The notes under the pieces were generated by a model that saw only the letters and a program-made list of their open reading frames with translations, did no database searches and was not told the DNA's origin. 64,000 nt of DNA, from contig JAFTKN010000010.1 in assembly GCA_017453255.1 (NCBI GenBank), positions 3,497 to 67,496 on the forward strand, in the 5' to 3' direction. Source of the stretch: Clostridia bacterium (GTDB lineage Bacteria; Bacillota; Clostridia; Oscillospirales; CAG-272). Of this stretch, positions 18,996-30,020 are shown piece after piece (position 1 is the stretch's first letter; every line of letters begins with the position of its first letter). Position numbers and translations under genes: made by a program.

Positions 18996-21578
18996 ATGCT
19001 TTCATGGAATGAATACATAAAGGAATTGCTGTCAACTAAAACTGTATTAGATGATATGTATTTGCAAAATGGCAATACAACTGTGTCGCCTATTGTAAAA
19101 GCTAGTATTCAAATGCTTGAAAGCATGATTGAAACAGAAGGTCCTCATAATGTATTTGTTTTTCCGGAAATTAAAGAATTACTGTACGAGTTCGTTATTT
19201 CTAAGATAGTTTTTAATGTATCAGCAGGAAAAATCAATATAAATTACGATCCGCATTCTTTTCAAAAAGGTCAAAAGTTAAAATATAAAAACTGCATAGT
19301 AAAATTCAACAGGTATGTAGAGAACGATTTTGATGGCAAAGAAAGAATTTATATAGAATTTGCCGATGGAGGAACACGAGGATTACCACCTAAAATTGCA
19401 CCAATATTCCAAATTGTTGATTCTGAAACAAAGCGTTTTTCTAAAGAAAAGGCTTTTGATGAAGTGTATTCTGCCCAAGAAGCACTTGAAGAATTAGAGT
19501 CTATTACAAAGCATTGTAATATTGTAGAAAATTTGAAAGATTATAAGACACATCTTGACGGATCAATATTTTTAGTGACAAACATGAGAAATGCTAAAGA
19601 ATATTTTGATCAAGCATTAATAAACGGAACACCGATGAAAGATGTTCTTTTAATTGGAAAGGTACAAGGCGATGGAAGTGTTGACAGTTGTTATGCAGGT
19701 CAACTTTCTGGAAATCCAGCGATTGTTCTTGTTAATGATTTGTATTCAATACAAAAGGCTATTGAGCACGGTGCCAGAGCACAGTCTGTTATTATTAATT
19801 CTTCATACGGCAATATAATAGAGAATCAACTAGACGTGTTAGATGAGTTGTCAAGCGAAAGCTTTCCGATTTTGTGTCTAACAGATACTAACAATTCGTT
19901 TAATTTGGATGTTCTTTTTGATCGCTGTTATAACATATGGCGCTGGAATGAGAAGAGTTTAGTTGACGAAATACACACTTCTGGACTTAAAACTGCGGGG
20001 TACAGAATAAAGAACTGTGCTGTGCAGAAACTTACATACGAAAAAGTGTCTAGCCTTGAAATAAGCGAGGCACTTCAGTCCTTGTATGCACATAAGAACA
20101 CAATAGAAGAACAAGGGACAAATGTAATAGCGACTTATAACAAACTCTTTTCGCTTTTGTTTACATCTTTAAGATCTGCTATTCCGTTCGAGAGAGAAGA
20201 ACAGTTTAGAGTTCAAAATGTACTATATGAGTGTGAATTTGTATTAAATCAGTCGAAAAGATTTATGAGTCAATCACTGTATAACGATTTGATGAAGGTC
20301 ATAACTTGTTATGAAAAGGTCTTCACAATGACTTTCGAGAATCCTAAAGTCTTAAAAATGTCCGAAATTATATCATCTAAAAAATATTCTTCCGTATGCA
20401 TTGTCATAACAGATCGAATGGATAAAGTGAAATGTGAAGAATACTGGAGAAACTATGCTGTTAGAAAACATAGCCCTACAGTTATAAAAGTGTTATATCC
20501 GCAAGAGTATGCTAACTTCAATGCGGTAAAATACGATGCTACAATTATAGTCGGATGGTTGAACAGTAAAAACATGAGAAATATCATTTATTCTTATGGT
20601 ACAGCTGAATATATCGTATTAACATATGATTGTGAAGAAAAATGGAAAAAAGCACATACAAGGGTTTGGAACAAGGCGTTAGCTAATAGTAGCAATAAAA
20701 ACATTGTGAAAAATTCGTTTAGCAAAACGGCGCAAGTTGAAATATCAGACGAAAGATTTGTCGAAAAATCGGCTATGGTTCATGAGGATACATTCGATGA
20801 ATTGACCGATATAGAGGCATTGATTCAAAGAAATATGTATAAGCAATATGGAGTTTCTAACAATGGTCAGAATCAGGTTGTGGAAGCTTATCCGATCAAT
20901 TTTGTTGGTGGAAATCTTTCCCTCTATAGAACTGGTCATAAAATTGTCACAGTAACAGACATTGTTGTTGACGGCAAGGAAAACGTGTCATTAAGAACTC
21001 CAGATGAACTACAAATTGGTGACTTTGTCGTAGAGAGAGAAGCTCAAAGAGATATTATAAAAGATATAGCAGATAAAATACTCGAAAGAAGTGGCATGTC
21101 CGATGCAAGAACGATAGCGATGCGATGGAAAGAGTCTTTAAATGTAGAAACAGCGTTCGCGTCGTTAGACGTTATTTATCATAATCTTAAACTTCATGGA
21201 TGTTCTCGTGAGTATCAAACTGTAAGAAATTGGATAGAGAATGAGGATCAATTTTCACTATCCAGCAAAGAGGATCTTATTTGTATCGCAAAAACCCTAG
21301 ATGATGAATTATTATTAGAATCAATCGACGAGGTTTATGTTGCGGGTCAAAATGTTAAGCGAGCTCACGTTATGGCAGGGCAGTATTTATCTCGCAAGTT
21401 AAGGGTTCAAATTGCAGAAAGAATTTCTGAATACGGAGAGATAGATCCATTTAATATTTGGGATCCAATAGAACTGCAAATTGAAGATATTGGAAAAGTG
21501 ATAATTTTGAAGATTATTGACATCAATCGTCCGATTTTTGTTGATATGGGTAATACAAACAGATTACTATCTGAGTGA
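18996..21578 (+). CDS. Large hypothetical protein, probable DrmE-like DISARM component
   Basis: 860 aa without a recognisable catalytic motif; position upstream of drmA/drmB in an operon with a C5 MTase fits class II DISARM DrmE (inference from context and size). Confidence 0.55.
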   Translation: MLSWNEYIKELLSTKTVLDDMYLQNGNTTVSPIVKASIQMLESMIETEGPHNVFVFPEIKELLYEFVISKIVFNVSAGKININYDPHSFQKGQKLKYKNCIVKFNRYVENDFDGKERIYIEFADGGTRGLPPKIAPIFQIVDSETKRFSKEKAFDEVYSAQEALEELESITKHCNIVENLKDYKTHLDGSIFLVTNMRNAKEYFDQALINGTPMKDVLLIGKVQGDGSVDSCYAGQLSGNPAIVLVNDLYSIQKAIEHGARAQSVIINSSYGNIIENQLDVLDELSSESFPILCLTDTNNSFNLDVLFDRCYNIWRWNEKSLVDEIHTSGLKTAGYRIKNCAVQKLTYEKVSSLEISEALQSLYAHKNTIEEQGTNVIATYNKLFSLLFTSLRSAIPFEREEQFRVQNVLYECEFVLNQSKRFMSQSLYNDLMKVITCYEKVFTMTFENPKVLKMSEIISSKKYSSVCIVITDRMDKVKCEEYWRNYAVRKHSPTVIKVLYPQEYANFNAVKYDATIIVGWLNSKNMRNIIYSYGTAEYIVLTYDCEEKWKKAHTRVWNKALANSSNKNIVKNSFSKTAQVEISDERFVEKSAMVHEDTFDELTDIEALIQRNMYKQYGVSNNGQNQVVEAYPINFVGGNLSLYRTGHKIVTVTDIVVDGKENVSLRTPDELQIGDFVVEREAQRDIIKDIADKILERSGMSDARTIAMRWKESLNVETAFASLDVIYHNLKLHGCSREYQTVRNWIENEDQFSLSSKEDLICIAKTLDDELLLESIDEVYVAGQNVKRAHVMAGQYLSRKLRVQIAERISEYGEIDPFNIWDPIELQIEDIGKVIILKIIDINRPIFVDMGNTNRLLSE

Positions 21579-21591
21579 GGAAATTGTAAAA

Positions 21592-23337
21592 ATGGCTAGA
21601 ATGATTCCTTCGGTTCTTTCGCCGGAAATTAAAAGCAATGCGGAAAGAAAAATATTTGAGTGGTTTAGAGACGACCCAGAGACAGAAGGCTGGGTGGTGC
21701 TTCACTCGCTTGGTATAGCAAATCATAGAACCGTGTTGTATGGCGAACTTGACTTTTTTGTCATAGCGCCAAGACTCGGTGTTTTTGCATTGGAAGTTAA
21801 AGGTGGCAGAGTAAGTTGTAACGAAGGTGTCTGGTCTTTTACTAACAAGTACGGAAAGACTACATCAAAAACAAGAGGTCCATTTGCGCAGGCAAACGAG
21901 GGCATGTTCAGTCTTATTGATGCCGTAAAGCTTAAATTTGGTCAACGGCACAGATTGAGCAACTTGCTGTTTGGCACAGGAGTTGTATTTCCTGATATTG
22001 AGTTTCAAGTGGATGGAACTGAAGGAGAGCAGTGGCAAGTATTTGATATGAGAGACGGAATGGCTGTGGGTAGTTACATTCGTCGTCTTTCTCAAAATGT
22101 CAAACGCAAGTGGGAAGAGCAATTTGGTTATTTTCCTGAAGATAAATTACCAGATGCTAAGGATGTAAAAGAACTGGCATCGATGCTTCGTGGTAACTTT
22201 GATAAAGTAATGTCCATTGGTAAGAAAATTGCTTATGCAGAAGAAGCTCTTATTACACTTACTGAAGAGCAATTCCGTTGCCTTGATCAACTGGAAGATA
22301 ATCCGAGGTGTTTAATTCGCGGTGCCGCAGGTACTGGAAAAACCTTACTTGCGATTGAAGAAGTAAAGAGATCTGTGGCTCTTGGGCAAAAAGTTGCATT
22401 TTTCTGTTATAATTCAATGCTTGCGAATTGGCTAAAGTTGCTATTTGAAGATGTTGTCCCAGAAATGCAACCAGCATTTATTGGAACAATTCATTCGTGG
22501 TTGCTTCAGGTGGCAAATAGTGCAGGTGCTAATATAAGACCTGGAATTGACGAACTTGATGAGTTCTATAAAAAAGAGTTGCCCCTATTAGCTCTTGACG
22601 CGCTAGATCTATGTCATGTAAGTTACGATAAAATTGTCATTGATGAGGCACAAGATATTCTAGGAACGGATTCGTTTGAAGTTCTGGACGCTGTGTTAAA
22701 GGGCGGCTTGGAGCGTGGAAAATGGGCTATCTTTGGAGATTTTACAAGACAAGCTATCTATCAAAATGCAGATAAAGTAGATGACATAATTGAGAAACTT
22801 GATAATCGCACTTCGTTTATCAGATTCAAGTTGAAAATCAATTGTCGTAATACCAAATTCATTGGTGATGAGATCAAGTGTATAACTGGATTTGATAGTG
22901 GAGCTTACATATGGTCAAAGATTGAAGGAGTGCCTGTTGAGCATAAAATTTTTAGTTCTCAAGACGAGCAGAAACAGCAACTAGAAGATTTAATTTGCAA
23001 GTTGATTGCGGATGGTATTTCTGCTGAAAATATAACCATCCTTTCTCCTTACAAGCGAGAAAACTCTGTTGTTGCAGATATATCTAATGTGAAAATAAAA
23101 GATTACACTCCTAAAACCGAGGGGAAAGTTACTTTTAGTACGATTCAAGCATACAAAGGTCTTGAAAACACTGTAATCATAATGACAGACATTGAGTCGT
23201 TTGAACATGAGCAACTTATGTACGTTGGTCTTAGCAGAGCAAGAAGTGGATTGTTTATTTTGGAGTCTAACGGAGCAAGAAAAGAGTATTTGAATATTCA
23301 AAAAAGGAGGTTTTTAGAAGATGGATACAAGGCGTGA
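21592..23337 (+). CDS. NERD nuclease-related domain fused to a UvrD-like/SF1 helicase
   Basis: LHSL...GELDF...LEVKGG (NERD), GAAGTGKT, IDEAQD, NCRNT, TIQAYKGLE, YVGLSRA. Confidence 0.88.
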   Translation: MARMIPSVLSPEIKSNAERKIFEWFRDDPETEGWVVLHSLGIANHRTVLYGELDFFVIAPRLGVFALEVKGGRVSCNEGVWSFTNKYGKTTSKTRGPFAQANEGMFSLIDAVKLKFGQRHRLSNLLFGTGVVFPDIEFQVDGTEGEQWQVFDMRDGMAVGSYIRRLSQNVKRKWEEQFGYFPEDKLPDAKDVKELASMLRGNFDKVMSIGKKIAYAEEALITLTEEQFRCLDQLEDNPRCLIRGAAGTGKTLLAIEEVKRSVALGQKVAFFCYNSMLANWLKLLFEDVVPEMQPAFIGTIHSWLLQVANSAGANIRPGIDELDEFYKKELPLLALDALDLCHVSYDKIVIDEAQDILGTDSFEVLDAVLKGGLERGKWAIFGDFTRQAIYQNADKVDDIIEKLDNRTSFIRFKLKINCRNTKFIGDEIKCITGFDSGAYIWSKIEGVPVEHKIFSSQDEQKQQLEDLICKLIADGISAENITILSPYKRENSVVADISNVKIKDYTPKTEGKVTFSTIQAYKGLENTVIIMTDIESFEHEQLMYVGLSRARSGLFILESNGARKEYLNIQKRRFLEDGYKA

Positions 23338-26300
23338 GCAAATCATTGATATTGTAACGCGTGAATTTATAGGTCCCGATCCCATTAATAAGCCTGGAAT
23401 GATACAGGAAAACGGAGAAGAAATCTTATCTTCCGATCCTCCTCGCATTAGATATGCTGCAGGTATACTGTTTCCTCAAAAGGTGAGTATTGATAGCAAC
23501 ACCGCAGATGAAAATTCTGAAGTCGTTGAGAACGATACGCCCGATATGTCTGCAGGCGATGAGCCTGAAAGGCATGGTGGTACAAAGGAATATTTGGCTG
23601 ATGCTGAGGAGATGATAAATCTATCAAATGCGTATCAGCAATCCGCGATCAGCATGACAGCAGCGGTATTAGATAGTGATACATTGATTGTAAATGTTTC
23701 TGCCGGAATGTACTCTTCGATAAAAGTTGCAGATCCGGAAACTGGTATTGAGCATGTCAAGTATCCGAGAATTCCGTTGAATTGGAATAATAATGGAATG
23801 CCAATTGATCTCCCCGATGAGACTACCGGAATTAAAAAATATCGTGTTATGCATGGTGAGCAAGAAACGCGCCTCGTGTTTGCTATCACATACAGATACA
23901 AGTATGATGGGTATTCGCTCTATACTTTTACACTTCAAAATGATTTGATTTGCGAGACTTCTATTAGGGATGAGGATTGCTATTTCCAAGTGCAATTCGA
24001 TTTGATATCCGAGCAAGGATTCTCTCCTATGCCGGAAACTGAAAAGCTTACAAGCGATAACGACTATCTGTCAAACCAAATGCTCTATAGGAATATCAAG
24101 ACCTATGCAATTGGTCACGGCTGCGCTGCAAAGTGGGATGAAAATGAATTCCCAGTAAAGAAGCTTTCAACATCCATTTTTCCGATGCATGAGATAAAGC
24201 CCATTGTTCCGAGTAAAATTGACGGCGTTTCTCTTGAAATGTATAAAATGTCCGATTATGGAAACAAAGAAGAGACTATTTCTGAGTTGACCGCTATGTG
24301 CGAGAAATATGCAATATGGATAAATGGACTTTCAGAAAAAGTATCTACAATTAATGACAGAGGAACAGCGATTAGACATATTGAAAATTGCAGACGTTGT
24401 TTGAAACGTATGAAGGAAGGCGTTGAACTTTTAAAGAACGATGCAGATGTTTTGTTTGCATTTCAGCTCATGAATAGAGCTATGTTGTTACAACAGTTGC
24501 ATTATAATTTACCGTTGCAAAAATGGGTTTGCGAAGATGGAAATACCATTCATCTTAAAAATCCAGTAGAAGTTCTTCCGGATGTGAGCAACCAAGAAAC
24601 TTGGTACGGAGATAAAAGTCGTTACGGAAAATGGAGACCATTTCAGCTTGCGTTCGTTTTAATGAACCTTAAGTCTATGGCTAAAAGAAATTGTAACGAA
24701 AGATCAATCGTTGATCTTATATGGTTTCCTACCGGAGGTGGTAAAACAGAGGCATATCTTGGACTATCTGCATATACCATTTTCATAAGAAGGATTAAAA
24801 ATAAGAATAACGCAGGTACTGCTATATTGATGAGGTATACTTTGCGCCTTCTTACATCACAGCAGTACGAACGGGCAGCCGCGATGATATGTGCATGCGA
24901 TGTAATTCGAAAAGAGTTTGAGGATAAACTCGGCAAAAATCGTATCTCAATAGGTCTCTGGGTTGGTGATGCGACTACACCTAATACAATGAAGAAGGCT
25001 GTAGATGCCTACAAAAAAATTTATCGAGATGGTTCTGTAAGTGAAAACAGCCCTATTGTAATTCTGAAATGTCCTTGGTGTGGCGCCCAAATGGGAGTTG
25101 TGCCTACTGGCAAAACGTATAAAATACCAGGATACAAAAAGGTGCCTGATGGCAGAAAAGAGAAGCTAATATTACAATGCGAAAATAAGGAACATGGTTG
25201 TGAATTTTCAAAGATTGGATTTGAACTTCCTCTGCAAATAGTTGATGATGATATTTACGCGAATCCTCCGACTCTTCTTTTGGGAACAGTTGATAAGTTT
25301 GCGATGCTTCCGTATCGTCCAGAGGCTCAAACTTTGTTTGGAATCAAAAATGGCAACCGTGTAACTGCTCCAGATCTCATTATTCAAGACGAACTTCATT
25401 TGATATCAGGACCTCTTGGCTCGATGGTCGGTCATTATGAAACAATGATTAACGAGCTGTGTGCGTATGAGAAAGACGGTGTTCGTATACAACCTAAGAT
25501 CATAGCATCTACGGCTACTATTAGCCGCGCAAGTGAGCAATGTAAGGCACTATACGGTTGTCCAACTGAAAATGTAATGCAATTTCCACCGCCGGGTCTT
25601 GAAGCGGGAAATTCATTCTTTGCCGAAGAGGATAGAGAAGCAATTGGAAGAATGTACGTTGGTGTGTTTGCTGCTGGTTCTTCTTCAATTGCAACTACGA
25701 CTATACGTTTATATGCTACATTGTTATATGCAGCCAAGGCTATTTCAGTTAAAAATGAATCAGACAGAGATGGATATTGGACCAATGTAGGATACTTTAA
25801 TAGCATTAGAGAGCTTGGACAGACGGAAACGTGGATTAAAGCAGATATTGATGAGTATCTTCATGTAATCTATAAAAGACGTTATGAGGATAAAGAAGAG
25901 GGATATAAAGAGAATAGACGCTACATTTATAAAGACGAAGAATTAACGAGTCGTGTAAGTAGTGATAAGATTCCGTTTAGCCTTCAGAATTTAAGCTATG
26001 AATATCCTATGAGTGCTGAAGATAAACGTCCAGTGGATATTTGTTTGGCAACTAATATGATTTCTGTTGGTGTTGATGTTCCAAGACTTGGTTTGATGAC
26101 TGTGTCGGGACAGCCTAAAACAACATCAGAATATATTCAAGCTACGAGCCGTGTAGGTAGAAACAAAAAGGCGCCTGGTTTGGTATTTACAATTTATAAT
26201 CCAGGAAAACCAAGAGATAGGTCTCATTATGAGCATTTTGAAACATATCATTCAAGGGTGTACTGTAATGTTGAGCCTACAAGTGTTACCCCTTTTTCTG

Positions 26301-26701
26301 CTCAGCTACGCGAACGCGCACTACATGCGATAGTTTTTGGTCTTCTCCGTTTGAGAGGAGATAATAATTTAAATGCTGATCCGCCTAAATTTCCGAGTTT
26401 GGAAAAAATTCAAGAGATTAAAGACATTATCGCAGAAAGAATCGAGGCGGTGGATGTTGATGAATTAGAAAAAACATTAGAGCATATTGATAGCATTGTT
26501 GAAAAATGGAAACGCGAAGAACCGGGAAAATATCAAGATTTTGGTACAGGTGAAGTATTACCTTTGATGTTTCGTGCAGGAGCAATGAGAAATGCCACAT
26601 GGGGAAAACGAGGATTTCCCACACCAACATCTATGAGAAATGTAGATGCGTCTTGTGAAGCAATGGTGTTAGAAAACGGATACTTCGAGGAGGATGAATA
26701 A
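23321..26701 (+). CDS. drmA: DISARM helicase DrmA-like (SF2)
   Basis: WRPFQLAF, FPTGGGKTEAY, RYTLRLLT, QDELH, ATNMISVGVD, QATSRVGR; immediately upstream of the DUF1998 gene. Confidence 0.85.
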   Translation: MDTRREQIIDIVTREFIGPDPINKPGMIQENGEEILSSDPPRIRYAAGILFPQKVSIDSNTADENSEVVENDTPDMSAGDEPERHGGTKEYLADAEEMINLSNAYQQSAISMTAAVLDSDTLIVNVSAGMYSSIKVADPETGIEHVKYPRIPLNWNNNGMPIDLPDETTGIKKYRVMHGEQETRLVFAITYRYKYDGYSLYTFTLQNDLICETSIRDEDCYFQVQFDLISEQGFSPMPETEKLTSDNDYLSNQMLYRNIKTYAIGHGCAAKWDENEFPVKKLSTSIFPMHEIKPIVPSKIDGVSLEMYKMSDYGNKEETISELTAMCEKYAIWINGLSEKVSTINDRGTAIRHIENCRRCLKRMKEGVELLKNDADVLFAFQLMNRAMLLQQLHYNLPLQKWVCEDGNTIHLKNPVEVLPDVSNQETWYGDKSRYGKWRPFQLAFVLMNLKSMAKRNCNERSIVDLIWFPTGGGKTEAYLGLSAYTIFIRRIKNKNNAGTAILMRYTLRLLTSQQYERAAAMICACDVIRKEFEDKLGKNRISIGLWVGDATTPNTMKKAVDAYKKIYRDGSVSENSPIVILKCPWCGAQMGVVPTGKTYKIPGYKKVPDGRKEKLILQCENKEHGCEFSKIGFELPLQIVDDDIYANPPTLLLGTVDKFAMLPYRPEAQTLFGIKNGNRVTAPDLIIQDELHLISGPLGSMVGHYETMINELCAYEKDGVRIQPKIIASTATISRASEQCKALYGCPTENVMQFPPPGLEAGNSFFAEEDREAIGRMYVGVFAAGSSSIATTTIRLYATLLYAAKAISVKNESDRDGYWTNVGYFNSIRELGQTETWIKADIDEYLHVIYKRRYEDKEEGYKENRRYIYKDEELTSRVSSDKIPFSLQNLSYEYPMSAEDKRPVDICLATNMISVGVDVPRLGLMTVSGQPKTTSEYIQATSRVGRNKKAPGLVFTIYNPGKPRDRSHYEHFETYHSRVYCNVEPTSVTPFSAQLRERALHAIVFGLLRLRGDNNLNADPPKFPSLEKIQEIKDIIAERIEAVDVDELEKTLEHIDSIVEKWKREEPGKYQDFGTGEVLPLMFRAGAMRNATWGKRGFPTPTSMRNVDASCEAMVLENGYFEEDE

Positions 26702-28555
26702 ATGTCAAAACAAAATAGACCTATGCGACGTAGCGCATTAATTAGTCCTTGGGGTGTAGGAGCTATTGTTCCGTTTGTAAATGATGAATCTCTTATGATA
26801 GCAGGTCTTGATATGTGGCACTATCATACAACCGATCCGTTTGTCATTAAAGATGAACGTTTGCAGAAACGCTTAGGCGTGAAGGAACTTAGATGGCCAC
26901 CAGATTTTAGAGACTATGAGACTGATACTGAAAACTGCAATTTGAAGATTCCAGCAGTTCGTTTCCCAAGATGGAACTATTGTCCGTTCTGTGGAACAAT
27001 GCAAAGGGTTGGACTGTTTACGAAACAACCTAAGTGCGATGCATATCAATGGCCACACGGAAGAAAATGTGATGCTTCCAAAAGGTATCGTCGTAGCTTA
27101 ATTCCTGAAAGATTTGTTGTTGTATGTCCGGAAGGTCATATCGATGATTTTCCTATTGCTGAATGGATACATGCTGATAGTGGACATGTTTACAACGAAC
27201 ACACATGTCGTATTCGCCGTAGCACAGGTGGTACATCAGCGGCGCTGACCGGAGTACGATACGAGTGTTCTTGTGGAGCTTCAAGGTCAATTGCAGGTGC
27301 TTTACGTCCTGGTGCGTTAAAGTCCATCGGATATAAGTGCAAGGGTGGCAAACCTTGGCTTGGTGTAGAAGAGGATTTAGAGAACCCTTGCAAATGTGAG
27401 GATGCATCTCAATTAAGAGTACTTCAACGTGGAGCGAGTAATGTTTGGTTTGCTGATACTAGAAGCTCAATTTATATTCCTACTGAAGATGATGCTTTGA
27501 CCCGCAGAATGGTTGAAATTGTTAATGATCCAAGAAATTTAAATTATGTAATGAGTCATCGTGTGAATGGCGAATTGGATTACGATATAGTTGCAATGAT
27601 CGCTGAAATGGAGGGTGGTGTTAGTCCTGATGATTTGTTTTTGGCTTTTAAAAATAAAATAAACAACATTGAAGGACTTCCAGAAGTCACAGAGGAAATG
27701 TCAGAGGATGAATATAGACTGGCAGAATATAAGATGTTAACAAAGAGCTCCGGTGGAGATGCTTTGGATTTTCACTCTGTGAATTATTCTATAAGCAGAT
27801 ATCATTCTCGTATTCAAAAACTTTTCAAAAGTATATCTTTAGTGAAAAAACTTAGAGAAACTCGTGCATTTGTTGGATTCTCTCGTTTGCAACCTAATAC
27901 TTCTACTAAAATCGAAGATAAAAAGGCTATGCTTCGATTAGGAAATGGTAGTTGGTTACCTGCAATAGAAGTATATGGTGAGGGAATATTCTTTGAATTC
28001 TCATCTGACGAATTAAAAAAATGGGCAGAAAAAGAAGAAGTAAAAGCGAGATTGGCACCTCTTGATTCGGCTTACCAACAGTCATTCTTCGGAAAATCGA
28101 ACCCGGGCAACCTCAGAGCTGAATATGTTTTGTTACATACATTTGCCCATCTTATTATTAACCAACTTAGTTACGAGTGCGGTTATGGTAGTTCCTCAAT
28201 CAAGGAGAGAATCTACTGCGAAAAGTGTAGTGATGATCTGGAAATGTGCGGCGTGCTAATCTATACAGCTTCTGGAGACTCAGAAGGTTCACTTGGTGGA
28301 CTTGTTCGAAGAGGCGAACCTGGAAAACTAGAGGATACAATTATTGCGGCGTTGGAAAATGCAAAATGGTGTTCTTCGGATCCAATTTGCATAACTTCTC
28401 TTGGTCAAGGACCAGAATCTCTTAACAGAGCAGCCTGTCACAACTGCGCACTTCTTCCGGAAACATGTTGTGAGTGTGGTAATCGACTTCTTGATAGGGG
28501 ATTAGTGATTGGTGAATTAGAAAACAAGAATATTGGCTACTTTTCAAACATTTAA
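26702..28555 (+). CDS. drmB: DISARM DrmB-like DUF1998 protein
   Basis: SPWGVGA start, CPEGHIDDFP, LLHTFAHLII, GSLGGL, ACHNCALLPETCCE. Confidence 0.88.
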   Translation: MSKQNRPMRRSALISPWGVGAIVPFVNDESLMIAGLDMWHYHTTDPFVIKDERLQKRLGVKELRWPPDFRDYETDTENCNLKIPAVRFPRWNYCPFCGTMQRVGLFTKQPKCDAYQWPHGRKCDASKRYRRSLIPERFVVVCPEGHIDDFPIAEWIHADSGHVYNEHTCRIRRSTGGTSAALTGVRYECSCGASRSIAGALRPGALKSIGYKCKGGKPWLGVEEDLENPCKCEDASQLRVLQRGASNVWFADTRSSIYIPTEDDALTRRMVEIVNDPRNLNYVMSHRVNGELDYDIVAMIAEMEGGVSPDDLFLAFKNKINNIEGLPEVTEEMSEDEYRLAEYKMLTKSSGGDALDFHSVNYSISRYHSRIQKLFKSISLVKKLRETRAFVGFSRLQPNTSTKIEDKKAMLRLGNGSWLPAIEVYGEGIFFEFSSDELKKWAEKEEVKARLAPLDSAYQQSFFGKSNPGNLRAEYVLLHTFAHLIINQLSYECGYGSSSIKERIYCEKCSDDLEMCGVLIYTASGDSEGSLGGLVRRGEPGKLEDTIIAALENAKWCSSDPICITSLGQGPESLNRAACHNCALLPETCCECGNRLLDRGLVIGELENKNIGYFSNI

Positions 28556-28562
28556 ATATTTT

Positions 28563-28598
28563 AAAACCTTGCTTGAACGAACATGATGGCAAGGTTTT
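28563..28598 (+). terminator. Terminator closing the DISARM-like operon
   Basis: AAAACCTTGC / GCAAGGTTTT inverted repeat. Confidence 0.65.
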
Positions 28599-28721
28599 TG
28601 TTATGAATAATCTTTGAAAAAATTACAAGATCGTTTAATTAATTCTAAAATTCGCTTGCAATTTATACAAAAAAGTGTTAAAATGATAAATGTATAAAAC
28701 GACTATTTTATGAGGTGAAAA

Positions 28722-30020
28722 ATGGTTGCAAGTTATAAAAAATTATTTAAATTGTTGATTGATCGAGAGATGAAAAGTAAAGATCTTGCTTTAAAAGCTG
28801 GAATCAGTCCAGCTACTCTCGCAAAAATGAAAAAAGATGGAGCAACGGTCTCAAGCGATGTATTGGTAAAAATTTGCATGGCTTTAGAATGCACATTAGA
28901 TGATATAATTGAAATAATATCGGTGGATAAACCAAAACCGGTCATCGCTGGACCTAAAAAATTTAAGTTGGGAGAACTTTTCTGCGGTCCTGGCGGTATT
29001 GCTTGCGGTGCGATGAGAGCAAAAAGTGCAGATGGAAGATTTGTGATTGAGCATGCATGGGCAAACGATTATGATGCAGATACTTGCGAAACATATAGAA
29101 AAAACATTTGTCCGGATGCTCCTCAAACTGTATATTGTGGAGATGTAAGAGAACTTGATATTAAATCTCTTGGTGAAATAGATGCATTCTGTTACGGCTT
29201 CCCGTGTAATAGCTTCTCAAATGTAGGCAAACATCAAGGACTTGAAAACGAGAAGTTCGGACAGCTCTATTGGTATGGAATAGAGGTGCTTAAAATTTAC
29301 AAGCCGAAGTGGTTTGTAGCAGAAAATGTTTCGGGAATCCGTTCAGCTGGTTCTGGTGATTTCGATATTATCCTTAACGATATGAGAGAAGCTGGATATC
29401 GCTTGAATGTGAATCTATACAAGGCAGAGCAGTATGGCGTTCCTCAAACAAGACACAGAGTGATAATCGTTGGAATCAGAAATGATTTGCCGATAGAATA
29501 TAGAGTGCCAGATCCTGCGATGTATACAAATTGCGATGTGTCTTCGAGAACTGCACTTGCTGATATACCAACAACGGCTACGAATAACGAGGTTAGAAAA
29601 CTGACCAAAGACGTGGTAAGAAGGTTGTCGTATATTCGTCCTGGCGAGAATATTTGGCAAGCAGAAGAAAGACTCGGAGACAAATTCCCAGATGAATTGA
29701 GAATTCGAACGAAAACGAAGATCAGTCAGATTTATCGCAAGCTTGATCCCGACAAGCCTGCCTACACCGTGACGGCATCAGGTGGCGGTGGAACGTTCAT
29801 GTATCATTGGACAGATAGGGAATTGACCAATAGAGAGCGGGCAAGAATACAAACCTTCCCTGATAATTATGAGTTCGTAGGAAATTATAGTAGTGTAAGA
29901 AAACAGATTGGAATGGCGGTTCCGTGCAAACTTTCGGAAATAGTCATAACTGCGGTACTAAACTGCTTTGCAGGTATTGAATATCCGTCTGTAAAAGCAA
30001 ATATGGAGGAGCAAAAATGA
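28722..30020 (+). CDS. HTH-fused DNA cytosine-5 methyltransferase
   Basis: N-terminal Cro/C1-type HTH (SYKKLFKLLIDREM...ICMALECTLDDI) then ELFCGPGG, GFPCN, AENV, QTRHR, QIGMAV. Confidence 0.92.
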   Translation: MVASYKKLFKLLIDREMKSKDLALKAGISPATLAKMKKDGATVSSDVLVKICMALECTLDDIIEIISVDKPKPVIAGPKKFKLGELFCGPGGIACGAMRAKSADGRFVIEHAWANDYDADTCETYRKNICPDAPQTVYCGDVRELDIKSLGEIDAFCYGFPCNSFSNVGKHQGLENEKFGQLYWYGIEVLKIYKPKWFVAENVSGIRSAGSGDFDIILNDMREAGYRLNVNLYKAEQYGVPQTRHRVIIVGIRNDLPIEYRVPDPAMYTNCDVSSRTALADIPTTATNNEVRKLTKDVVRRLSYIRPGENIWQAEERLGDKFPDELRIRTKTKISQIYRKLDPDKPAYTVTASGGGGTFMYHWTDRELTNRERARIQTFPDNYEFVGNYSSVRKQIGMAVPCKLSEIVITAVLNCFAGIEYPSVKANMEEQK

